IMG/VR virus record: IMGVR_UViG_3300033076_000675
Location: 1 to 54,063 of that record
Reading direction: 5' to 3' (one strand)
Origin: a virus
Lineage: Duplodnaviria > Caudoviricetes
Length of the DNA stretch: 54,063 nucleotides
The position numbers and the translations under genes are program-made. Below are positions 1 to 8,400 of this stretch, in pieces. The notes below the pieces were generated by a model. The model saw only the letters and a program-made list of their open reading frames with translations. It did not search any database and was not told the origin of the DNA. How positions within the stretch are numbered: the stretch's first letter is position 1; every line of letters begins with the position of its first letter.

Positions 1-51
1 TGATGACGAGCGGCCCAAGCCATAGCATGAAGGCGTCAAGGAGTGAGTAGT

Positions 52-549
52 TCATGGGGTGGGAGGCTTTGGCATATACTTGTAATGCGTAGGATTGACC
101 AGAACGCTTTCCGGCCCGTGGAAGCGACCGTTGTAACGGTAGCCCTCAAAGGCTTCATTGGGGTTAAAGGCGGGATCAAAGAGGATTAGGCCGTCTTGGT
201 CAGCATCTTGGATTGTTTCAATAGGCATCCACTTCTCTTCATTTCCTGCTTGGCGCAGGTATTCAGCAACGGCGGCTTTAGCGGCTTCAATCTCGCCATG
301 CTGCCAGTGGTCAGGCAAAGCCTCCCATACAAGCGACGTGAGGCGTGCTCTAGCAACCTTCTCCCAATCAATCGCAGGCTGTGTAGGCTCATTATGCCAC
401 TCTTGGGGCGGGTAGGGGATAGGAGGATCTGACGCGACCCGCTTAAGGTATTCAAGCTCTTCGGGCGTTGGTTCAGCCTTGATCATGGCGGCAACCGTTT
501 TGTCATCAAATGTGATTTTCAAATTATCTGTCATCGCGTCAGAGTTCAT
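52..549 (-). CDS. phage hypothetical protein with C-terminal DUF551-like domain
   Basis: C-terminus WMPIET...NPTHYKYMPKPP resembles DUF551 (WQPIET...PTHWMPLP); 4-nt overlap with upstream ORF. Confidence 0.6.
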   Translation of the reverse strand: MNSDAMTDNLKITFDDKTVAAMIKAEPTPEELEYLKRVASDPPIPYPPQEWHNEPTQPAIDWEKVARARLTSLVWEALPDHWQHGEIEAAKAAVAEYLRQAGNEEKWMPIETIQDADQDGLILFDPAFNPNEAFEGYRYNGRFHGPESVLVNPTHYKYMPKPPTP

Positions 550-1028
550 GATTTTTCAGGCTGGGGTTGGTTGATCAGGGTAAAATTCACTTCGTCGTCC
601 TGGCACCTTCTGCACGCGGGGTGTTTGCATCCGCAGTGATGCTGGTGCGCCATGTGGGAAAGGGCGTCCTTCAACGCATCATTTTGCAAGCTCAGTTCTT
701 GAATGATGAGCCGCGCCTTGAGTGGAAGCTGGAGCCACTCAGGCCCGTTGATCGTAAAGCCTGTATCGGGGTCAACAACGGCGGCAATCTGAGGGTTCTC
801 CAACTCCTTAACCCTGGCAATCAGAGCGGGCGCGGCGTTGCGGAGGGCGACGATTAAAGCGCGGTCCTCTTGGTAACAAATGCCGCCTTGGCTATTTGCA
901 TAGTTACTGGCAACATCGCCGCCTGATGCGTTGCCGATGCCGTTAGGATCATTTTTAGATTCCTCCCAAGGCCCCGGCGTTGCAGCCGCGAGCAGGGTTT
1001 CGAGGTTTTCGAGGTCGAGGGTGTTCAT
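546..1028 (-). CDS. Ead/Ea22-like phage accessory protein
   Basis: LLAAATPGPW...DRALIVALRNAAPALIARVKELE signature; C-terminal HxCGCxHxxCxxC cluster. Confidence 0.65.
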   Translation of the reverse strand: MNTLDLENLETLLAAATPGPWEESKNDPNGIGNASGGDVASNYANSQGGICYQEDRALIVALRNAAPALIARVKELENPQIAAVVDPDTGFTINGPEWLQLPLKARLIIQELSLQNDALKDALSHMAHQHHCGCKHPACRRCQDDEVNFTLINQPQPEKS

Positions 1029-1240
1029 AGGCTGGCAAGTTTGTTGAGTTTGGCTTCCAGATCCTCAATGCGATTCCTGGCATCATGTGCGCCCATACGT
1101 GCTCCTTTGATGGATTCGCGTGCCATGACGGCAAGTTCCAGGGCGGAGTATTTGTCCACGGGATGACCGAGAATTGGAGCGAGAGCTTCGCGGATTTCGT
1201 CGAGAGTATCGACAAGGTGAATGTTTGCAGGGTGGTCCAT
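1025..1240 (-). CDS. hypothetical protein
   Basis: ORF in coupled leftward run; ATG at 1240 (MDHPAN). Confidence 0.55.
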   Translation of the reverse strand: MDHPANIHLVDTLDEIREALAPILGHPVDKYSALELAVMARESIKGARMGAHDARNRIEDLEAKLNKLASL

Positions 1241-1244
1241 AGAG

Positions 1245-1691
1245 TTATTGTGCGTTGAGTTTAGCGAGGGCAATGTCTGTTAAATCGCGGATTAAAAGGC
1301 GAGTGTGTTGTTGTGAATGAGCTTCACGAATTTGGCGGAGAATGTCGCGTACTTGATTTAACGCCTCCACCGGGTCAGCAATCCCCTGGCAGGCGTTGAC
1401 GCATTGGACGGCGCGGGCAGCACGTTCTTTGCTTTGTGGGAGATGCAAAAAATCAGCAACATCGTTTTTGGAGCTATCCTCAATAAAACTTTTGGTTACA
1501 TCCCAAATAGCCCACGGCTCCCCATAGCTGGCGGGTGTGTTAGTTTCGTTGTTCATAGATTCATCTTTTTTATCGGCGTTTTCAAAAACAAAATTGTATC
1601 CACGTTCACGCATTAAAGCGTTCAGTTCTTCTGCGGTTTTGCCATTAAAAACTTCCCGCATTTCATCAAGATGATCGGCTAAATTTATCAC
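1245..1691 (-). CDS. hypothetical phage protein
   Basis: EPW...ARAVQCVNACQGI motif common in phage accessory proteins; start may be internal (MNNETN). Confidence 0.6.
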   Translation of the reverse strand: MINLADHLDEMREVFNGKTAEELNALMRERGYNFVFENADKKDESMNNETNTPASYGEPWAIWDVTKSFIEDSSKNDVADFLHLPQSKERAARAVQCVNACQGIADPVEALNQVRDILRQIREAHSQQHTRLLIRDLTDIALAKLNAQ

Positions 1692-1912
1692 TTCCGCAGT
1701 CCTCCTAAGAATGCATCAAGTGGATTTGTTGGCATGTGCTTTTTAGCCATCTCTCGCAAGGCGTCTGCATTGGCTTTGCCTTGATCGTATCCGGCCTCGT
1801 AAGTCTGATTGAACAGCTTACGCAGGCCCGCCGCGCTCATGGTGACATTGCTGTCGCCGTTGAACGACGGGTTTTTGTCGGAGAAGATTTTCCAAAGGTC
1901 TGCTTTGTTCAT
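1688..1912 (-). CDS. hypothetical protein
   Basis: ATG at 1912 (MNKADLWK), coupled to neighbours. Confidence 0.6.
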   Translation of the reverse strand: MNKADLWKIFSDKNPSFNGDSNVTMSAAGLRKLFNQTYEAGYDQGKANADALREMAKKHMPTNPLDAFLGGLRK

Positions 1913-1914
1913 AA

Positions 1915-2136
1915 TCAAATAATCCTCAGCGTTTCTTGTTTCCCGTCCTTGTCCTGAAAAACGACTTTGCCACCCTGCTTCTGCACGCAAAGCACGGACT
2001 CATAGAGCCGCATAGCCTTGCGTATGGCGTCAATGAATGTGGCGTGTTTGCCGTCTCGCTGGATCGTGTCGAGCCATTTCTTTTCTGACGGCGTCACGTC
2101 CAGGCTGATGCGTGTTTTGTCTTTAGGATGGGGCAT
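1915..2136 (-). CDS. ribbon-helix-helix (CopG-like) DNA-binding protein
   Basis: TRISLDVT beta-strand, two helices (..FIDAIRKAMRLYE) and GGKVVFQDKDG tail. Confidence 0.6.
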   Translation of the reverse strand: MPHPKDKTRISLDVTPSEKKWLDTIQRDGKHATFIDAIRKAMRLYESVLCVQKQGGKVVFQDKDGKQETLRII

Positions 2137-2141
2137 AATGG

Positions 2142-2399
2142 TTAGCGGCGATTTTGTTTCCAAAGCTCAAATGCAGCTTTTTGATTTTCTGGACTGCTAC
2201 GTTCAAATAGCAGCTTAGAATAAGGTGCAAAGTTTAGGTATGCGTAAAACTGCACCCAATCTGGATCCGGCTCAGGAATGGCCTCGATTGCAGCCCGCAG
2301 ATAGTCGCGGTTCACGTTTGTTGCTGGATAGCCATCGGCTATTTGTGCGGCTTTAGCAGCCTGCACTGCCATTTCCAAATGTTCGTCTGATATTTTCAT
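2142..2399 (-). CDS. hypothetical protein
   Basis: ORF preceded by ACGA-repeat leader. Confidence 0.6.
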   Translation of the reverse strand: MKISDEHLEMAVQAAKAAQIADGYPATNVNRDYLRAAIEAIPEPDPDWVQFYAYLNFAPYSKLLFERSSPENQKAAFELWKQNRR

Positions 2400-2430
2400 A
2401 ATCGTCGTTCGTCTCCTTATCTTGCACGTT

Positions 2431-2979
2431 TTATGTGGGTTGGCAAGGGATTGTTTTCCTTTTTACTCGCTCAGTAATTGGCACGTTTGGAGCCGTTGCA
2501 CTTTTGTTGAGAATGAATGAAAGTGTGCCGCGTGAACTGATGGCGAAATGAGCCAATGTCGCTTTAAATCCGTGCTCCTTGTAAAACTCCACCACAGCAG
2601 AATGATCGTGCTTTACAATGCTCCTAGAGGCATTAAAACCGCATCTTTGGCGGCATTCCTTTGAGCGGTCCATCATGTTCTGAGACTGAGTGCCCAAGGC
2701 AATGTTTGAAGCCGCGTTGTTCAGCGGGTTTCCGTCCAAGTGGCGACATACGATTCCCTCTTGGTAGATTGCGTCTCCAAAAGACTGAAACGCTTGCAGC
2801 CGATGCGTTCGGATGGTCAGCCGATTGCACTTTGGGCCAAACGTAAAGCGATTATAGCCGTCTCGCGTGCATTGCTGTGGAACAATCCGGTTTTGTGGCC
2901 TCGTTACAGTCAAGCCATCCTCACTCACTCGATAACCGAGTTTTGCGGCTTGTTTTTCGGGGTGTAGTCTGTTCTTCAT
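2431..2979 (-). CDS. HNH homing-type endonuclease (HNH_3-like)
   Basis: THRLQAF...VCRHLDGNPLNNAASNIALGTQSQNMMD motif. Confidence 0.85.
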   Translation of the reverse strand: MKNRLHPEKQAAKLGYRVSEDGLTVTRPQNRIVPQQCTRDGYNRFTFGPKCNRLTIRTHRLQAFQSFGDAIYQEGIVCRHLDGNPLNNAASNIALGTQSQNMMDRSKECRQRCGFNASRSIVKHDHSAVVEFYKEHGFKATLAHFAISSRGTLSFILNKSATAPNVPITERVKRKTIPCQPT

Positions 2980-3545
2980 AAGCTAATTCAAACTTGGTGG
3001 ATGGGCATGGGACCTCGTGGAAAGCCGTCCTGCTGTATTAGCAGGATAGGCTTCTTCCAAACGTATCGTTTCAAACTTGGAGCCATGAACACGAAACCGC
3101 ATGTAGGATTTACTGTTTGTCGTCGGTAAGCCTGACTAGGCAATCTCTCAGCATTGATCCTCGATGTGCTTTAACGGAAGCCAAAGCCGCTGTGATGGGC
3201 GGTAATGACCTCGGCAAAGGGAACTCTCAATAGCCGAGTTAGCTATCTCCAAACCTCCGTTAGCACTGCGCCTGCCAGACTGCGGTGGACAGTCCGGCAC
3301 GTTTTCTTGCCGATACCGCAAAGAACTGATCTGCGCGGTGAATCCCGGTGAACCTACTGGCGAGCTACTTGGCTCCGTTCGGTATTCAGAGGATGGTTTG
3401 TGCCGATATGAAAACGGTAGGCAAGCCGTGAGTTGAGTGAGTCGAATAGGCAAAAACAAAAAAGCCGACTTGTGCAAGAAGTCGGCTTAGTTGCTGGTTT
3501 GCAAGTAAACGCGGATCACTCCTTGCACGAGCAAACCATTGGATA
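2980..3545 (-). ncRNA. putative long structured leader/ncRNA
   Basis: No convincing ORF; hairpins at 3022-3053, 3210-3238, 3274-3298, 3462-3488, 3495-3538; long-range helix 3166-3180/3254-3266. Confidence 0.5.
3451..3488 (-). terminator. intrinsic terminator/attenuator
   Basis: Perfect 10-bp stem AAGCCGACTT/AAGTCGGCTT with 7-nt loop, followed on minus strand by TTTTGTTTTTG. Confidence 0.75.
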
Positions 3546-3552
3546 TGCCCCA

Positions 3553-3580
3553 ATTCTGCCCCATCGCGCGAAATGTGCAA
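3553..3580 (-). promoter_or_regulatory. putative leftward sigma70-type promoter
   Basis: TTGCAC-N16-CAGAAT on minus strand; CAGAAT recurs at 35093 and 49231. Confidence 0.45.
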
Positions 3581-3629
3581 GAGGAAATCGCATGCCGCAT
3601 GAAATTCCCTCAGTGCTCTATGTCACAAA

Positions 3630-3657
3630 CTCACGAAAAACGCCCTTTTTTCGTGAG
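3630..3657. repeat. inverted repeat between divergent transcription units
   Basis: CTCACGAAAAA-N6-TTTTTCGTGAG, 11-bp arms. Confidence 0.7.
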
Positions 3658-3751
3658 GCAGAAAAATTAGGCTATGGCCAAAAGCCTAATTTCTGCCCTG
3701 CAACTTTGCTATTGCGTCTCAATAGGCGTGGCTGTAATGTGGCTCTCAATT

Positions 3752-4279
3752 ATGGCTTACAATCTCAACACCATGACGAACACCCGCGAATCGGGGACGT
3801 ATTACGCCGGAAAGAACAAGGCGGATCAGGCTTACGGCAAGGTGCTTTCAGCGCAGACGCCAATGAGCACGCCGGGCATGGTGGGGGCAGGAGGGCTGAC
3901 AAACGCCGCTTCTATTCGCCAGCAGCAAAACACCGCAGCTTTGCAGGCCAAACAGAAAGCGGGATTGCAGAACAACCCGATTGAGCAAGCCGCCCTAGCT
4001 GCCGCCGAATCTGACTTACAAGACGAAATGGCAGCCGAGAATCAAGCCCAAGCGGCCAGAACGTTCTCTTTTGCGCAGCAGATGGCCAATCGCCCCAAGA
4101 CTCCAGGTGGAAGCGTCCGACGCGGTGCTGACATAATGAGCATCGGTCAGGCGACAGGCTCAGGGCTTGCTAAGGCTAACATGGAAGGCAGGCGCAAAGC
4201 ACGCCTCGGTGCTGCATCCGCTCAGGCCAAGCTCCAGACTGCGATGTTGCAACGCGAAAATCAACAGCGTCTTGGCTGA
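3752..4279 (+). CDS. putative internal virion/ejection protein
   Basis: A/Q/G-rich helical protein at head of virion module; ATG 3752 follows TTGCGT-N17-TAATGT (alternative start 3674). Confidence 0.55.
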   Translation: MAYNLNTMTNTRESGTYYAGKNKADQAYGKVLSAQTPMSTPGMVGAGGLTNAASIRQQQNTAALQAKQKAGLQNNPIEQAALAAAESDLQDEMAAENQAQAARTFSFAQQMANRPKTPGGSVRRGADIMSIGQATGSGLAKANMEGRRKARLGAASAQAKLQTAMLQRENQQRLG

Positions 4280-4323
4280 TAGCCTACCTGTTACCCTAAC
4301 CTTACCCTACTAGATACCCTATT

Positions 4324-4935
4324 ATGGCCGCAATGATCGAAGGCAAGCCCGCCTCAGAATTCTTCAAAGACGCCGCTCAACGGCAGAAGCGGTCTAATGC
4401 GTATGCAACTTACACGCCGCCAGAGCCAAAGAAAGAGGAGCGAAAAGAGGGTAAGATTCCTGAAATCAAAGCCGCTTCTCCGGCTCCAATGCGTAGCGAG
4501 CCAGCAAAGGCTGTCGCGCCCATGAAGGAGGCCCCAAAGCCTACGCAATCCGCTAAACCTGTTCCAGCCAAACCCGCAGAACCGCCAAAGAACGCCCGCC
4601 AGCTATTGCTTGAGCGCACTTACAAGGAAGCGCAGGAAATCAGCAAGGCCGCGAAAGAGCGTCAGACAGCACTGGCAAAGAAGGCCACGGACAATGAGGC
4701 CGCTCGCCAGCGCAATATTGCCGCCGCTAAAGAAGAAGTGAGGCAAGCTAAACCGACCCTTATCAAAGCAGGCGACGCCACAATCAAAGCCGTAGGCGAC
4801 ACCGCAGCAGGTATCTCGGAGTCTATCGGTTCTGCCGCATCTTCCCTTAGCGACCTCACAAAACGCTTTGTTGTTGGTGATTCTGAACAAAAGAAACGTG
4901 CGCGTGAACGCCTTCGCAAAGCCCAGGAACTTTAA
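4324..4935 (+). CDS. putative internal virion protein (K/A/P-rich)
   Basis: Low-complexity basic protein upstream of giant ORF. Confidence 0.55.
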   Translation: MAAMIEGKPASEFFKDAAQRQKRSNAYATYTPPEPKKEERKEGKIPEIKAASPAPMRSEPAKAVAPMKEAPKPTQSAKPVPAKPAEPPKNARQLLLERTYKEAQEISKAAKERQTALAKKATDNEAARQRNIAAAKEEVRQAKPTLIKAGDATIKAVGDTAAGISESIGSAASSLSDLTKRFVVGDSEQKKRARERLRKAQEL

Positions 4936-4949
4936 TCTATCTCCCATTT

Positions 4950-5405
4950 ATGGCACGCTACGACGCAGACGGTTACAGAGCAGACGGACGCAAACGCATC
5001 TCCGGTTACAGCCGTGAGATCCAAGGTGGGGTTGATGAAGCCCGCGCCCGCAGTGATGCACGCCGTGAATCCAAATACACCAACCGCTTGCCGGATCGTG
5101 GCGTTGCTGGCCAGATTGCAGCGCAGCCCGCTATGCGCCAAGTCTCCACAGGCAGGCAGGGTGTTGTGGTTCCTTCATACGGCGGAGGCACTAAAACAGT
5201 CATGCCGCAAGCTAAAGCCATTCCCCGCGCTGAACTGCCGCCAACCATTCAAAGGCCCGCAGAACAAGCCGCATCACTTGACGCGGGTAAGCGCATGGTC
5301 GAAAAGATGGCCCCCTCTGCGGAAATCATGTCTGGCCTTAACGATTTGATGACTGGCAAAGGACGGAAACGGCGCACAAGCAAAGTCATGCGCCCGATGG
5401 AGTAA
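4950..5405 (+). CDS. putative internal virion protein (R-rich)
   Basis: Basic low-complexity ORF in the same run. Confidence 0.55.
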   Translation: MARYDADGYRADGRKRISGYSREIQGGVDEARARSDARRESKYTNRLPDRGVAGQIAAQPAMRQVSTGRQGVVVPSYGGGTKTVMPQAKAIPRAELPPTIQRPAEQAASLDAGKRMVEKMAPSAEIMSGLNDLMTGKGRKRRTSKVMRPME

Positions 5406-5426
5406 TAACGCCCGCAAATCCTTCCA

Positions 5427-8400
5427 ATGGCATCACTCGACAGCCTCCTTACCAATCCCACGCGTTTACGCCAATATGCCACCCGTGACCCTCGCGTCGC
5501 GCCGGAACAGCAGTTGGCGCGTGTTGGGATTAGCTTGAACGCAGCCAATCAGGCGGCAAGCGGGGGCACTGGAAGGCCAACGGGAGGCCCTGCGCCACGC
5601 CGAGGCTCTACGCGCTCTAGCGGTTCTGGCCTCAACAGCCTCATGTCTCGCTATGATAAAGCGTATGACAAGGAAACACAGCAGGCAGCCAAAGCCGAAG
5701 CTAAAGCCATTGAAGATGCCACAGCTACCGCCGGAGAAGTCATCACAGCCATCGAGACGCCAACGGGCATCTTACCTGCTCAGGGGCCTAGCGGTTCGCC
5801 TTATCTTGTTCGCAAACCGGGCAGTTCGACTACTTTACAAGATCCTGTAAGCGGTGAAGAACTTGTGCCGGATGTGACCAGCCCAACTGGCCTGAAAAGC
5901 ATCACGGCAGAAAAGGCCAAGGTGGAAGCTGATAAAGCCACGCTCCGCAGCCGCAAGGAAACCGCCAAGATTTACGAAGGCGTTCAGAAGGACATCGCCA
6001 AAGAACAGGAAGCCGCCCGTGATGAGGTTATTGGTGAAAAAACAAACCAGTATCTGCGTCAAGGCCGGAAATATTACCTTGATCGCGTTACTAAAGAACC
6101 GATTCCGCTGCAATCCGACGAGGAATTCGAGTCTGAGCAGCAGAAGAAGATGGCTAAACTTGCCGAAGAAAGCCGCGCCAAGCAGCTTAAACGCAAGGTG
6201 GCGAATCTGCGCATTGATGAGGATACCATTCAGCTTGAGCGCAAGCCGCCGACGGATTCCGAGTATAGCAAACTCAAAGAGGAGCGCGACACCACGCTTG
6301 AAATCCTCACTTCACAGGGCCTCACGCCTGATGAGGAAGGGCTTTCCAAGCTCGCTGGCATTGAAGGCGGGGCAGAAATTGCCAACAAGTTCAAAGACGT
6401 GCAATTCCGGCTCAAGGCTGCGGATGAAGCGCGTTATGAGCTTGATTCGATCAAGCGCAAGCGTTTGGACATCGAACGCCAACTTGCCAATCCTGACGAA
6501 TGGGAAGCTGAACAGCAGAACGTGCTACAAAACGGCACGGAAGCCGATCTTGACGAGCGCATTAAGCGCGACCAGGAAGTCGCCGCCGATCTTGACGAGA
6601 CAATCAAGGTTGAATCTGCGCCTATCATCGAGCGTGATGCCCAGCTACAGGCTGAATTAGACGCTGCTGATACAGACTTGCAGAACGCTCTGACTGGTGA
6701 TGAGCGTATTGCAGCCCAGCGTAAGCGCGACAACGTGCTGGCGCGGATGTCTGCATGGGAAGGTGAAGCTGCCGAGGCTAAAGCGTCTCTAAACGAGTCC
6801 GTTAAGCTGCGTGACCAGCGTATCAACAATGCCACGGCGGCCCAAGAAGTTCGGCAGACAAAGACTATTGCAGACCGGAAGAACGCTATTGGCGAGATTG
6901 CCAAGACGCCTTTCCTTGCGCCCGTTGCAGCCAAAATCCAGGCTCTCGACGAGGAAGAAGCTAACCGCATTGCTGGCATTGCCAATCTTCCGCCAGAAGA
7001 GCAGGAAAACGCTAAGGCGATCGTTGCCGACGACATGACGAAAAAGCGTGCTGCCGTTGACCAGGAATTGAAATACGCCGCTCAAACGATGGACGCCAAT
7101 TTGCGCGGCCTGTATGAGAAATACGGACGCTCCACCCGCTCCGAAAACTGGCTTACTGAGAATGATCCTCAAAATGAGGGGCTTTTGTTTAACCTGATGC
7201 AGGATGCCAAGAAAGTTGGCCTCACTGAGCCGCAGGTAAGGCAGGCAATGGAGTATTCCGCCGCGCTTGACTGGTCTAATCCGCGCAAGCTGGAAGGACA
7301 AGGCCGCAAGGAAGTCTTTGAAGATGTGCGTAAGCTGCCAGACGGAAAAATCACCGTCAATCCGCGCTACTATCTTGACGAGGAAGAATACAAGAAGGTG
7401 GTAGAGAAAGCGGACGCCACGCCAGAAGCAAAAGCAAACGCTCTCGCTATCCGTCGTGAAGTTGCCGCGCCCTTGGCTGCACGCGCCTTGTCTGAACTGA
7501 TGGAAGATCCTCAAATGGGCAAATGGGTGCAGGAAAACACTAAAGGCACGCCGCTTGAACGTCTTGAGCAGTTTAACGCCAAACTCAAAGAAGGCGGGGC
7601 ACTTGGCGCAGCTTACAACGCATTTCGTTCCGGTTCCGGCAGTCTTGCATCCAGCCTCCTTGGTGGATATGCAGCCGTTACAGGCAATGAAACCGCCACG
7701 GATGCCGCTCAATACTACGCCCAGCATGCGCAAGCCTACGGAATGGCCCAGGAAGCCGCAGGCAAAGGCACGGGCACGCTTGGCCGATTCGCGGGTAAGG
7801 TTGTTGGCGCTGCCCCTAGCCTGATTCCAGCCGTTGCCATTGGCCTTGCGTCCGGTGGCCTTGGTCTTGGCACGTCTGCTTCACTTGTTACATCTTCCCT
7901 TGCGTCTGGCGTTCAAAGCATGGGCGGCACGTATTTGGATGCTTACGAAGCGTTCAAGGATAAGGGATATTCCGACTCCGAAGCTCGTTCTAAAGCTTTG
8001 GCTCCTGCTATTGCTTCCGGCCTCATCACTTCGACTCTAACTCAGTTAGGCGGGGCGCGAGGTGTAGAAAGCATCTTTAAAGCGGCCACTCCCGAAACCG
8101 TGAAAGCCGGATTAAAGGCCACGCTTGCCAACATTGCCACCAACGCAAGCGAGGAAGCTTTGGAAGAGTTCAGCGACCAAGCTTTGCAGGGATTGCTTGC
8201 CTCCGCTACTTACGCGCCAGAAAAGCCCATCACACAGGCTTTGAACGAGGCTATCGAGGCTGGTCTTATCGGCATGGCTCTTGGTGGTGGCGTCGCTGCC
8301 GTGAAAGGCACAGGTGGAGCCGCTCCAGCAACAGGCGAGACTCAGACTCCGCCCGCTACGCCAGCTCCCGAAGTGCCAGCCGCAGAAGGCGAAACTGCCG

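Noticed and set aside
3130-3160. Hammerhead ribozyme core in the structured region
   Set aside because: Minus-strand CUGAGAG does not match CUGANGA and no matching GAAA/stem arrangement was found.
2431-3545. IscB/HEARO (OMEGA) element
   Set aside because: The ORF is a 182-aa HNH_3-type protein with no PLMP or split RuvC motifs.
3148-3984. ORFs 3148-3477, 3386-3580 and 3433-3984
   Set aside because: They cross terminator and promoter elements, have atypical composition, and one begins inside the terminator loop.
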